Under the pieces are notes generated by a model, which was not told the DNA's origin, did no database searches, and worked only from the letters and a program-made list of their open reading frames with translations. Of a stretch of 64,000 nucleotides of DNA, positions 36,411 to 46,265 are shown in pieces (positions within the stretch are counted from its first letter, which is position 1; each line of letters begins with the position of its first letter). This DNA comes from Elusimicrobiaceae bacterium (lineage in GTDB: Bacteria > Elusimicrobiota > Elusimicrobia > Elusimicrobiales > Elusimicrobiaceae), in the NCBI GenBank assembly GCA_017468055.1, contig JAFUJU010000047.1, positions 21,030-85,029 of the forward strand, read 5' to 3'. Made by a program: the position numbers and the translations under genes.

Positions 36411-38279
36411 ATGCATTATACTCACTACAAAAGACCGCTTTTGTGGGTGTTGATCGTTTACATTTGTTGTCTTATTTTCTTTTATTCCCCACAACCTGCG
36501 AAACAAGATATTTCCCATCATATTTCCGCTTCGGAAGTGACGTTGACGGCCAAGGTAGTTGGCTTTCCTTCGGTCAAACAAAAATCAGACAATGTTATTT
36601 TGCAAGCATTCGCTCTAAACGGACAACCGGTACAAGGTTATGTATATGCCCGTTTTGCACAAGGGGCACCGCTTTGGAAAGAAACGGTGAAAGTGCAAGG
36701 CGTTCTGCAAAAACCGTATAGAATATCTCTGCTCGGAAATTTTGATTGGGCCCAATATTTAGCCGGAAAAAATGTTTTTTCGGAAATTAAAGTATCCTCT
36801 TATCAAGTAATCCAAAAACCGGCATTTGTGTATAGAAAGATTTATCAGTTCCGCCAAGATGTTTTAGACGTGTTTGGAAAAAGTTTTTCTACAGATTTAT
36901 CCGCCATAGCCAGTGGTGTTTTGCTGGGAGAAAAAGCGCAGATGGACCCTGCTTTGTATGCAGCTTTTCAAGATAGCGGAGCCATTCATTTGTTGGTGGC
37001 TTCCGGCGGAAATGTGGCTTTTGTAACATTGATGGTGTTTCTCTTTTGCGGTTGGTTGGGTCTGAACAGGCGCAGAACAGTATTTTTCTCTTTATTGATA
37101 GCGGGATTTTATACGTTAGCAGCCGGAGCAGATGCCCCGTTAACCAGAGCTTATTTTATGTCTGTTTGTGCGGTGCTGGGGTATCTTTTTCATAGAAATA
37201 GTGGTGTTTTTCAGGGGATTATTTTATCCTGTTTGATTATTTTGATTATAAATCCGGTCTCTTTATTTGAAACAAGTTTTCAAATGTCTTTTTTAGCCAC
37301 ATTAGGCATAGTAATGTGTTTAAGCAGTTATGAAATCTCTTATAAATGGCCGAGATGGGTGCAGTTTTTTGCACAGCTGTTTTTAGCCACGTTCAGTGCT
37401 CAGTTAGCTCTTTTACCCGTTTTCACAAACGTATTTTATAAAGTTTCTTGGATCGGTCTTTTGGCCAATATGATTTTGGTTCCGTTTGCCTCTTTTTTAA
37501 TGGCACTTTGTTTTTTGTTTTATTTGTTTTCCTGTTTACACATTGGATGGATGTTAAAACCTTTGGCCGGATTTTTATTATGGATATTCAAAAATTTGGT
37601 GCTTTTCTTTGGGCAAAATACTTTTTCTTCCATGACGGTGCCCTCTTGGAGGGCAGGCACGGTGGCTGTATATTATGCAGGCTTGTTTTTGCTGTTTCAT
37701 ATGCCGCAAAAAGAATTTATCAAAAAAATTTATAAGCCTGTCTTGTTGGCAATGGCAGGGGTATTTTTCTTACAGGGTGTTTTCTTTTCCGGTAGTAAAA
37801 TATGGCTCTTAAACGAATGGAATAAAAATAGTATTTTGTTGCTTAATTCAGGTGGAAAGAGGATTCTTATCGGTGCGGAAATAGAGGCGGAAAAAATAGC
37901 AAAAGCAGTATTAAAAAGCGGCGGTAAAAGACTAGATGCTGTACTAATTAATCAAAACATTCATAACCAGTTAAAAGAAGTAGAATCTTTGAAGCAATAT
38001 ATTGCGGTTGAAAGGGTAATTGTTCCTTTTAGGGATATTTGGCCTCAAGAAGAAATAACTTTGGCGGATCTAAAAATAAAGGCAGAATGGGGAATTCTTT
38101 TAAACAGGCAAAACAACCTTTGGCAAAATAGAGGTTACAGCGGAGGAAGAGATAGCGTGTCTTATCAAATCAGCTCAAAAGATTTTTCTTTTACCACTGC
38201 CGGAAACGGTCGTTTTGTATTGCAGGGAAGCAGGCGGACCGAGAACATCCGAAACGGAACAAAAGAGATGGTTTTTTAG
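36411..38279 (+). CDS. comEC: ComEC/Rec2 competence membrane channel
   Basis: GNFDWAQYL OB domain, SGAIHLLVASGGNV, SFQMSFLA, LANM; degenerate C-terminal domain. Confidence 0.88.
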   Translation: MHYTHYKRPLLWVLIVYICCLIFFYSPQPAKQDISHHISASEVTLTAKVVGFPSVKQKSDNVILQAFALNGQPVQGYVYARFAQGAPLWKETVKVQGVLQKPYRISLLGNFDWAQYLAGKNVFSEIKVSSYQVIQKPAFVYRKIYQFRQDVLDVFGKSFSTDLSAIASGVLLGEKAQMDPALYAAFQDSGAIHLLVASGGNVAFVTLMVFLFCGWLGLNRRRTVFFSLLIAGFYTLAAGADAPLTRAYFMSVCAVLGYLFHRNSGVFQGIILSCLIILIINPVSLFETSFQMSFLATLGIVMCLSSYEISYKWPRWVQFFAQLFLATFSAQLALLPVFTNVFYKVSWIGLLANMILVPFASFLMALCFLFYLFSCLHIGWMLKPLAGFLLWIFKNLVLFFGQNTFSSMTVPSWRAGTVAVYYAGLFLLFHMPQKEFIKKIYKPVLLAMAGVFFLQGVFFSGSKIWLLNEWNKNSILLLNSGGKRILIGAEIEAEKIAKAVLKSGGKRLDAVLINQNIHNQLKEVESLKQYIAVERVIVPFRDIWPQEEITLADLKIKAEWGILLNRQNNLWQNRGYSGGRDSVSYQISSKDFSFTTAGNGRFVLQGSRRTENIRNGTKEMVF

Positions 38280-38321
38280 CAGGAAAAGTGTATAATATAA
38301 GGGCACATTTAAGGAGTTTTT

Positions 38322-38810
38322 ATGGAAGAAAAAGAATTAGAAATGCACAAAAAATTTTTGGCTGAAGCCGTAAAATTAGCCCAAGAAAATGTAGGCACCG
38401 GACGGGGCGGCCCATTTGGAGCGGTGATTGTGAAAGACGGAGAAATTATTGCGCGCGGCAGCAATCAGGTGTTAAGCACGCAAGATCCTACCATGCACGC
38501 GGAAGTTTCCGCCATTCGGCAGGCTTGTGCCAAATTACATTCGTTTGATTTAAAAGATTGTGTAATTTATTCTTCTTGTGAGCCGTGCCCTATGTGTTTG
38601 GGAGCCATTTATTGGGCCCGTCCTAAAGCTTTGTATTTTGCAGCAGACCAACATACCGCCGCTAAGCATGGCTTTGACGATAAATTTATTTATGATGAAA
38701 TTGCCGTTCCGGTGGAAGAGCGTAAAATTAAAACGGTATGCATTGCATTAGACAACCAGGAAAGACCGTTTGAACAATGGACGGCTAAAGAAGATAAAGT
38801 GCAATATTAA
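38322..38810 (+). CDS. Nucleoside/guanine deaminase (cytidine deaminase fold)
   Basis: GGPFGAVIV, HAE, EPCPMC, GFDDKFIY (GuaD-like). Confidence 0.88.
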   Translation: MEEKELEMHKKFLAEAVKLAQENVGTGRGGPFGAVIVKDGEIIARGSNQVLSTQDPTMHAEVSAIRQACAKLHSFDLKDCVIYSSCEPCPMCLGAIYWARPKALYFAADQHTAAKHGFDDKFIYDEIAVPVEERKIKTVCIALDNQERPFEQWTAKEDKVQY

Positions 38811-40228
38811 CTTTTTTCTTTCTCAACAGGCCCAAAGGGATTTTTTCCTTTGGGCTTTTGTTTTCCGGCTAAAATTTCAGCAGCATATGCTTGCGCTTCA
38901 TCAGCGGGAGAAAACAGAAAGATTCGGGTATTAATTCCCTGTATATTTTCGGTGCCAAACGGACTGCCAAAGCTGACGAACACAGTCCGCGGGTATTTTG
39001 TCATGAGCGAACAAAGGGTCTCTTGTTCCGCTTGCGAGAGGTTGATGTGTCCTTTAAATGCTTGAAAATTGGAAAAAGAAACGGCCACTAACACATCTGC
39101 ATTTTCATGGGGTTTTTTGAGGATAAAGTCCTGTTGTTCAAGGGCGGATAAAAAAGATTGTGCTACTAATTTTTCTTCATTTCCTAGCTCCAAATAAGCC
39201 ATTTTTGTTTCTGGCGGAAGAGAGGGTGCTTCTCCGGATAAAACAGCACATTCGGATATATATTTCCGGTTAAACTCTGAAGCACCAAAAGCCTGTTTTG
39301 CCGGAGCGCAAAGCCCGTGCCATGCCTCTTCTTGCAGTTTGGCAGATTCAGCTATAATATTTTGAAAACCATCTTGTTTTTGCAAAAAGTCAGACAAGGC
39401 CAAAGAGTTTTCCGCCGATAATAAAATATGTACTCCCGCGCGTAGGGCTTTCAGAGCTGCTTCTCTTTCATCTCCAATGGCTTTCATGCATAGAGCATCG
39501 GTAAAAATCAGTTTATTAAATCCCATTTTTTCTTTTAATAAAGAGATAACTGCAGGAGAAAGAGAAGCCGGATTTTTTTCATCTATCTGCGGCAAAAGCA
39601 AATGACCTATCATGACGCTATCCGCTACCGGAAAAGCAGAGACAAAAGGAATCAATTCGTTTTCCTGCAAATCTTTTAAGCTACGTTGTAAAACAGGTAA
39701 GGTTAAATGAGAGTCTAAGGTTGTTCTGCCATGTCCCGGAAAATGTTTGATACTGTTTAATACGCCGCCGTCTTTTAAGCCGCGGCATAAGGCTTTGCCC
39801 AATACAGCCACTTGTTGGGCATCCTCCCCAAAAGAGCGAGTATTAACAATGGGGTTTTGCGGTTCGTCGCACAAGTCTAAGACGGGGGCGAAGACCCAGT
39901 CTACGCCTGCTTTGCGTGCCTCATAGGCTAAGGTGAGGCCTTTTTGATAAGCAATATCCGGGTTTTGTCCGGCTCCGACAGCCATGTTGGACAAGACCCA
40001 GCTTTCCCCTTCTATCCAGCGGCCCAGACCGTCTTCATAATCGGCACACATAAACAAATGCGGCAACGGTGAAACGGCTCTAAGCTCTGCGATTAGTTCC
40101 CGCACTTGCGGCAAGGTTCCCCCATAAATACAAAAGCCTCCTACCCCACGTTTAGCCAGCTCAAGGGCTTCTTCTTTTGGGGTTTTGCCAAACCAAAATC
40201 CCGGATAAATAAGACGGTTTATATTCAT
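38807..40228 (-). CDS. nagZ: GH3 beta-N-acetylglucosaminidase
   Basis: FAPVLD, KHFPGHG...DSH, FTDALCM; in the recycling operon. Confidence 0.85.
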   Translation of the reverse strand: MNINRLIYPGFWFGKTPKEEALELAKRGVGGFCIYGGTLPQVRELIAELRAVSPLPHLFMCADYEDGLGRWIEGESWVLSNMAVGAGQNPDIAYQKGLTLAYEARKAGVDWVFAPVLDLCDEPQNPIVNTRSFGEDAQQVAVLGKALCRGLKDGGVLNSIKHFPGHGRTTLDSHLTLPVLQRSLKDLQENELIPFVSAFPVADSVMIGHLLLPQIDEKNPASLSPAVISLLKEKMGFNKLIFTDALCMKAIGDEREAALKALRAGVHILLSAENSLALSDFLQKQDGFQNIIAESAKLQEEAWHGLCAPAKQAFGASEFNRKYISECAVLSGEAPSLPPETKMAYLELGNEEKLVAQSFLSALEQQDFILKKPHENADVLVAVSFSNFQAFKGHINLSQAEQETLCSLMTKYPRTVFVSFGSPFGTENIQGINTRIFLFSPADEAQAYAAEILAGKQKPKGKNPFGPVEKEKS

Positions 40229-41316
40229 AATGTAATCCTACCTAATATTGTTTTTTTACTTGCACCGGTAGCGCGCGGACAATGATTGGGACGCTTGTTA
40301 TAGGCTAACCAACCCATAAGCGCAAATGCGGCGGCTTCTTTTGCGGCCGGAGCAATGCCTATTTGTTCTGAAGAGATAACGGGGAGCTGCGTTAAACGGT
40401 GTAGGTTTTTTATCAGTGTTTTATTAAGTGCTCCTCCACCGGAAACAATAATTTCTTTTTGATATTTTGAAGAAACAAAACGGTTGATCGCATCAGACAC
40501 ACAGGCGGCGGTAAAAAGGTTGAGCGTAGCTAACAAATCAGCTATGTTTTGTTTGTTAAAATCAGCAAAATATTTTTTTAGATAAGTGCTTCCAAAGGCA
40601 TTTTTATCTAAACTCTTGGGAGGTTTTTGTTGAAAATATTTTTGTTTAAGGAGTTTGCTGACTAAGGACTCATCGGCTTTTCCGTGCGCGGCAATTGCTC
40701 CATTTTTATCAAAGGGAATATGTAAAAATTTTTCACAAGCCAAATCCATTAGTGTATTGGCTGGCCCGCAGTCAAAACCAAAGGTCTTGATGCCTTTTCC
40801 TACTACGGAAAAATTAGCAATCCCTCCTAAGTTAAGCAAAATTTTGGCAGATCCTTTGCCAAATATATATTCGTCAAAAAAAGGCATCAAAGGGGCACCT
40901 TCTCCACCTAAGCAAAGATCTTTTTCGCGAAAGTTACTGATGACCGGACAGGCCAAAAAATCAGCCAAAAAAGAAGGCTCCGCAATTTGCAAAGTATTGG
41001 GAATTTTATCTTTCGGTCCGTGATAAACGGTTTGTCCGTGCATACCGGCCAGCATGATATTTTCTTTTTTGATTTTTGATTTTTTTAAAAAAAGTTTTGT
41101 TTTCTGCGCATATAGTTTGCCCAATTCAAAATGTAACGCAGAAAGTTGTGCCACGGATAAATGCATGGCAGAAAGCAGGCGCTTTTGGAGGGAGGAAGAA
41201 TAAGGGAAATTTTGAAAAGCAATAATTTGAAAAGGCTCCGGCCGTACGGCACAAATGGTGAGCCCGTCACAGCTGGTACCACTCATAAATCCCAATATCA
41301 GTTTATTAGTTTTCAT
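40225..41316 (-). CDS. anmK: Anhydro-N-acetylmuramic acid kinase
   Basis: GFMSGTSCDG, HGQT, GGEGAPL, NLGGIAN, DCGPAN, KEAAAFA. Start moved to MKTNK at 41316. Confidence 0.94.
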   Translation of the reverse strand: MKTNKLILGFMSGTSCDGLTICAVRPEPFQIIAFQNFPYSSSLQKRLLSAMHLSVAQLSALHFELGKLYAQKTKLFLKKSKIKKENIMLAGMHGQTVYHGPKDKIPNTLQIAEPSFLADFLACPVISNFREKDLCLGGEGAPLMPFFDEYIFGKGSAKILLNLGGIANFSVVGKGIKTFGFDCGPANTLMDLACEKFLHIPFDKNGAIAAHGKADESLVSKLLKQKYFQQKPPKSLDKNAFGSTYLKKYFADFNKQNIADLLATLNLFTAACVSDAINRFVSSKYQKEIIVSGGGALNKTLIKNLHRLTQLPVISSEQIGIAPAAKEAAAFALMGWLAYNKRPNHCPRATGASKKTILGRITL

Positions 41317-42199
41317 GTAAGGCCTCCGCCAAAAAGCCACGGTGTTTTTGGAGTTGTTTTTGGGCTTGCGGGCGGCTTGCTTTTTTACAATGCATAACAA
41401 TGGCTGTTTTTACACTTTTACCGGATTGCAAAAAAAGATTGTGGGAGGTTTTTTCGTCTGTTTTGGCAATAGTCCCTATCAGGCGCACAGCCCTGCGTAT
41501 TAATTTTTGGTTGGTGGGTTGAACATCTACCATTAAATTTTCATACACTTTGCCTGCGCGGGCCATTGCTCCGGTAGAAATGGCATTTAAGGCCATTTTT
41601 GTAGCGGTGCCGGCCTTCATGCGGGTGGATCCGTTTAAGGCTTCTGCACCGGTATCCAGACCGATAAAAATATCGGCATGTGAAATATCGGCTTTTTTAT
41701 TGCAGGCCAAAAGAACGGTCCGGCAGGCTTTTTGTTTAGCACTTTTTAATGCGCCGAGTACATAAGGGGTAATCCCGCTGGCCGTAATGCCTATGACTAA
41801 ATCTTTATTCGTAGCAATTTTTAAAACATCTTTTCCGCCTTGTTTTTCATCGTCCTCTGCTCCTTCTTGAGAGCGGAACATGGCTTTTTTCCCGCCGGCG
41901 ATAATTCCCACGATTTGCGAAGGTTTTGTGCCAAAAGTGGGCACACATTCCGCTGCTTCCAATACACCCAACCGCCCACTGGTGCCCGCCCCGATAAAAA
42001 TAATTTTTCCCCCGTTCAAAAAAGTTTCCGCGGCTACTTTGATCGTTTTGGCAATTGCGGCGGAGGCCTTTTTAACTGCGCGTGCGGCATTAAAGTCCTC
42101 GGTGTTGATCATGCGGGCTATCTGTTGGGGAGAGGAGGAACCTAATTTTCGGGTACGGGGGTTAATGGTTTCTGTAGGGATCAAAGAATGTTTGTTCAT
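41306..42199 (-). CDS. murQ: N-acetylmuramic acid 6-phosphate etherase
   Basis: GAGTSGRLG, ECVPTFG, GSTRMKAGTATK, NLMVDV. Confidence 0.95.
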   Translation of the reverse strand: MNKHSLIPTETINPRTRKLGSSSPQQIARMINTEDFNAARAVKKASAAIAKTIKVAAETFLNGGKIIFIGAGTSGRLGVLEAAECVPTFGTKPSQIVGIIAGGKKAMFRSQEGAEDDEKQGGKDVLKIATNKDLVIGITASGITPYVLGALKSAKQKACRTVLLACNKKADISHADIFIGLDTGAEALNGSTRMKAGTATKMALNAISTGAMARAGKVYENLMVDVQPTNQKLIRRAVRLIGTIAKTDEKTSHNLFLQSGKSVKTAIVMHCKKASRPQAQKQLQKHRGFLAEALHEN

Positions 42200-43494
42200 T
42201 AGTCGGCATCTCCTAATTGGGGGTTGTGTTGACGGAACAGTTTCTCTGTTTCTTCCAAAGATTTTATCTTAAAAATAAACGGAATAATAGCCAGTGTAAT
42301 CAAGCTTAAAAAAGCCGAAAGTAAAAAGAAATGCTCATACCCCAAAGCGGTTTGTATTTTACCCGAGAGCATGGAAGGAATCATCATTCCTAAAGCCATA
42401 ATACCGGTCGAAATAGCGTAATGGGACGTTTTGTACGGGCCTTGAGAAATATACATAATAAATACGGAGAAAGCCATCATTGCCAAACCATTGCCCAGAT
42501 GTTCCAACGTAATAAGTGCCGCTACGGTATAAATCTCCGGTTTGGCCCAAGCCATGTAGGCGTAAAAAAAGTTTGGCAAAATAAGAATAACCGCAAAAGG
42601 CCAAATACATTTTTTAAATCCATACCGGCCCAAAAACCACCCGCCGGCTAAATTACCTGCGATAATAGCTCCCAGTCCTAAAGTCCCTTTGATGAATCCC
42701 AGCTGGGCAGTGGAAATCCCCAAAGCACCGCTTTGCGGAGTGCCGATGAGAAAGGGGGTAATAATCTTTTCCAGCAAAGCATCCCCTAAACGGTAAAGCA
42801 ACACAAAAAGCAAAATGTAAAGGATATTTTTTTGCGAAAAATAAGTTTTAAAAGATTCCAGAAAAGGGATATTTCCCTGTTTGGATAAAGCAGGTTTATC
42901 GTGTATCGGGCGCGGTAAACCCCACGCATGATACGTCGCCCCCAGTAAAAAAATGATGGCAATCAGCCCAAATCCCAACTGCCAGCTGAGCACCGTTTTT
43001 GATGTATGGGTTTCCAAGTAACCGATAAACATTAACAGGGTTCCCCCGCCAAAAATCATGGCCAAGCGATAAAAAATGGTGCGAATACCTACAAAAGAGC
43101 CCTGTTGTTTGGGAGTCAAAGCAAGCATATAGTAGCCGTCGGTTGCAATGTCACATGTGGCAGATACAAAAGCCCCAACGGCAAAGCCCAGTAAAGAAGC
43201 TGTAAAAAAAGAATCCCAACTTAATGATAAAGCGGTAAATGCAAAAACGGCTGCTGCCAAAAATTGTCCGCCCAGTAGCCAACGGCGTTTAGTGGAATGG
43301 CTGTCCACCAGCGGACTCCAAAACATTTTGAGTGTCCACGGCAAATATAAAAACCCGGTCCAAAAGGCAAATACGTCGTTCGGTATACCCAATTTGGTAT
43401 AAAGAGCGGCCGAGACCACATTGATCAGCACATACGGAAGTCCCTCTAAAAAATAAAGAGAGGGAATATAAGCCCAAGGGGAGTAATTTTTCAT
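42199..43494 (-). CDS. ampG: AmpG-like muropeptide MFS permease
   Basis: YFLEGLPY, LPWTLKMFWSPLVD, SATCDIATDG; operon context. Confidence 0.85.
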   Translation of the reverse strand: MKNYSPWAYIPSLYFLEGLPYVLINVVSAALYTKLGIPNDVFAFWTGFLYLPWTLKMFWSPLVDSHSTKRRWLLGGQFLAAAVFAFTALSLSWDSFFTASLLGFAVGAFVSATCDIATDGYYMLALTPKQQGSFVGIRTIFYRLAMIFGGGTLLMFIGYLETHTSKTVLSWQLGFGLIAIIFLLGATYHAWGLPRPIHDKPALSKQGNIPFLESFKTYFSQKNILYILLFVLLYRLGDALLEKIITPFLIGTPQSGALGISTAQLGFIKGTLGLGAIIAGNLAGGWFLGRYGFKKCIWPFAVILILPNFFYAYMAWAKPEIYTVAALITLEHLGNGLAMMAFSVFIMYISQGPYKTSHYAISTGIMALGMMIPSMLSGKIQTALGYEHFFLLSAFLSLITLAIIPFIFKIKSLEETEKLFRQHNPQLGDAD

Positions 43495-43497
43495 ATA

Positions 43498-44514
43498 TTA
43501 TTTAAACGGCAATCTGCCGGCCAATAAATCAGCAAAAGGTTTGGTTGGTTCGCTGCGTTCCAAAATCATTTTGATAATGGATGTAAGCGGTACGGCAAGC
43601 AATGCCCCTACCGCGCCCCATACCAATGCCCAAAAGATTAAAGAAGCAATAACTACCACCGGATTTAAATCCATGCCTTTTCCTAACCATTTTGTTTCCA
43701 AAATATTTCCGATCACAAAGTGTGCGGCAATTAATAAACTTAATGCCACAATAATGTGCCAATCCAACCCGTACTGCAAAAATAAAACGGGGGCAGGAAG
43801 CGCGGTGGCAATAAAGGGCCCGATGTTAGGGATAAAATTAAGTACAAAAGTCAGTACCGCAAACATAAAGGCCAGCTCCGTACCGACGACGGTTAAAATG
43901 ATCCACGTTACCGCGGCGGCCAACAAAGACACCAAAATTTTAATAATCAAATAGTAAGAAATTTGTTGTTCAATGGTAGAGGCCAAAGAAGTTTTTTCAT
44001 CGCTGGATCCACCCATAAATAAAAATATTAAGAAGAGACACACCAGCATCGTGTTAGAGACAAAAGATACTACGCCGCCTCCCATGCTTTTGGCCATGTT
44101 TAGCAGAGGAAGTTTGTTGATGGTATCAGCAATAAATTCCGAATTGATTTTAATACCTATTTTGCTTGCATTGTGCAAGACCCAGGCGATTGTATCGTGC
44201 AGTTTGTCTGTGTAAGTATTGGCCCCTTCCACAAAGGAAGAAATGGAGGTGGATACAAACGCAATGGAGAGCCCCGCTACTCCCAAGAAAAGAAAAACAC
44301 CTAAAATAACACCCAAAAGATGCGGAATTTGCCATCTTTTTTGTATCCATACCGCAATGGTGTTGAGTACAATGTAAAAAAATACCGCAATCACGAACGG
44401 CATCAGTACCGTTTTGGCATAAATCAAAATCCAAGTAAGCGCCGTTCCCGCCAAAATAAGCAGACAGGCATTATTGATAGGGGCATAAGCCTCGGCCTTA
44501 ATTTTTTTAAGCAT
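43498..44514 (-). CDS. AI-2E family transporter
   Basis: LNFIPNIG, GNILE, WGAVGALLAVPL. Confidence 0.88.
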   Translation of the reverse strand: MLKKIKAEAYAPINNACLLILAGTALTWILIYAKTVLMPFVIAVFFYIVLNTIAVWIQKRWQIPHLLGVILGVFLFLGVAGLSIAFVSTSISSFVEGANTYTDKLHDTIAWVLHNASKIGIKINSEFIADTINKLPLLNMAKSMGGGVVSFVSNTMLVCLFLIFLFMGGSSDEKTSLASTIEQQISYYLIIKILVSLLAAAVTWIILTVVGTELAFMFAVLTFVLNFIPNIGPFIATALPAPVLFLQYGLDWHIIVALSLLIAAHFVIGNILETKWLGKGMDLNPVVVIASLIFWALVWGAVGALLAVPLTSIIKMILERSEPTKPFADLLAGRLPFK

Positions 44515-44634
44515 ATTCTTCTCCCAGAAAACTATAGTTTTATATTATCATAAATTAAGGAGTTTCTTTTTTGTAAATTAGCAAAAAATGAAATTTTGAA
44601 TAAAGACTTTATTTTTGTTATAATATCTATAGAC

Positions 44635-44709
44635 GGGCAGTTGGCGCAGTGGTAGCGCGTCCGCCTCACACGCGGAAGGTCACAGGTTCAAATCCTGTAC
44701 TGCCCACCA
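44635..44709 (+). tRNA. tRNA-Val (anticodon CAC), CCA encoded
   Basis: Cloverleaf GGGCAGT...ACTGCCC-ACCA; anticodon arm TCCGC-CTCACAC-GCGGA; T-loop GGTTCAAATCC. Confidence 0.95.
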
Positions 44710-44715
44710 TTTGAT

Positions 44716-44742
44716 AAATACCCACCTCGCGTGGGTATTTTT
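44716..44742 (+). terminator. Terminator after tRNA-Val
   Basis: AAATACCCAC-ctcgc-GTGGGTATTTTT. Confidence 0.75.
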
Positions 44743-44760
44743 ATTTTTATAGAGGTTTTT

Positions 44761-45426
44761 ATGATAAACATAGAAGAATATATTTCGGATTTAATCGTTT
44801 TGCTCAAACAGCATTTCGGCCAACGGCTTTTATACGTCGGTTTGCAGGGCAGTTATTTGCGCGGAGAAGCCACCGCCGATAGTGACATGGATATAATGGT
44901 ACTTTTGGACGGCTTAACTGTGGCGGATTTGACGCAGTATCGCGTCATTATCAATTCTTTGCCGTTGGCTGATAAATCTTGCGGTTTTATTTGCGCTAAA
45001 GCGGACCTTGATAACTGGAATCCATTGGAAATTTGTCACGTGTTGCATAGTACTAAAGACTATTACGGAGTGCTAAAAGATTTAGTTCCTTCTTATGGCC
45101 AAGAAGATGTACGAAATTTCGTAAAATTCGGCCTTAATAATTTATATCACGAGCTTTGCCACCGTTATATTCACGCAGATCGAAAAATAAATATGGAAGC
45201 CCTGCCCTTTACTTACAAAAGCGTGTTTTTCATTCTGCAAAATCTGTATTATTTAAAACACAAAATCTTTATTTCTACCAAAACCCACCTTTTGGAGGTA
45301 TTGGACGGGCAAGACAGAGCCGTATTGGAAGAAGCCTTAAAGCTTCAGCAAGGAAACCTTTATAATTTTGACGAAAGTTTTGAGCTTTTATTCAAGTGGT
45401 GCCAGTCAACTTTGCAAACCGTTTAA
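44761..45426 (+). CDS. Nucleotidyltransferase domain protein
   Basis: GLQGSYLRGEATADSDMDI (GS...DxD) Pol-beta NTase motif; ATG at 44761 preceded by GAGG. Confidence 0.8.
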   Translation: MINIEEYISDLIVLLKQHFGQRLLYVGLQGSYLRGEATADSDMDIMVLLDGLTVADLTQYRVIINSLPLADKSCGFICAKADLDNWNPLEICHVLHSTKDYYGVLKDLVPSYGQEDVRNFVKFGLNNLYHELCHRYIHADRKINMEALPFTYKSVFFILQNLYYLKHKIFISTKTHLLEVLDGQDRAVLEEALKLQQGNLYNFDESFELLFKWCQSTLQTV

Positions 45427-45517
45427 ACAGGATACGGATATACTCTAGTTTCTATGTATTTTGATATACTTTAAGTAGACGTAAATTTTACCTCAGTAAG
45501 GAGCTTGTGATAAACAT

Positions 45518-46195
45518 ATGGAATGGAGTCTGTTGTTTAACGCATTTATCGGTATTTTGGCTATTTTAAACCCTATCGGAAACGTGCCTATATTTTTGGA
45601 ACACGTGGAAAGCGATAATCCAAAAGTGCAACGTGCCGTTGCTGTTTTGATGTCTGTTTCTATGTTTGTAATGTTGGCGGTTTTCTTTATTTTCGGTACA
45701 CAAATTTTAAATTTATTCGGTATCACGTTGCCGGCTTTCCGCTTGGCAGGTTCTGTGATTATTTTAATTGTAGGCTTGCGCATGTTACAGGGAAAAAGCA
45801 AATTTGATGCCGGCGGTATTGAAACGGCCTCTTCCCAAGGAGGTACTTTTGATCAAGCGCGTAATCGCCTAAGCCATATCGTAGTACCGGTGGCCATGCC
45901 TTTGTTTGTAGGTCCGGGCTCTATTACCACAGTAGTATTGTATGCTGAAAAAGTGCAAACCTTGCCGATGTTTTTGATGATGCTTTTTGTATTGTTTTTA
46001 GCGACGGTAGTGGTGGGTGTTTGTTTAGCGGTTTCCCGTTCTATTTTTGATTTGCTCGGTAGCAACGGAACGCAAATTGTCATTCGTTTTATGGGTATGA
46101 TTTTGTGTGCTATCGCCATGCAATTTATGATTGACGGTGTGGCCCAGCTGTTACCGGGTGTGCTCAATGCCGATTTTATTCACGGCGCTGTCTAA
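45518..46195 (+). CDS. MarC family membrane protein
   Basis: NPIGNVP, FGITLPAFRLAG, PVAMPLFVGPGSI. Confidence 0.9.
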   Translation: MEWSLLFNAFIGILAILNPIGNVPIFLEHVESDNPKVQRAVAVLMSVSMFVMLAVFFIFGTQILNLFGITLPAFRLAGSVIILIVGLRMLQGKSKFDAGGIETASSQGGTFDQARNRLSHIVVPVAMPLFVGPGSITTVVLYAEKVQTLPMFLMMLFVLFLATVVVGVCLAVSRSIFDLLGSNGTQIVIRFMGMILCAIAMQFMIDGVAQLLPGVLNADFIHGAV

Positions 46196-46265
46196 TTAAA
46201 ATTTCAACAGATTAAGAGGGGCTCCTATACTAGCGCCCCTCTTTCTTTTTGTATAAAATACTCTT

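Noticed and set aside
44635-45426. Integrated element at tRNA-Val carrying the nucleotidyltransferase
   Set aside because: I found no integrase and no duplicated tRNA 3' end (att site) downstream.
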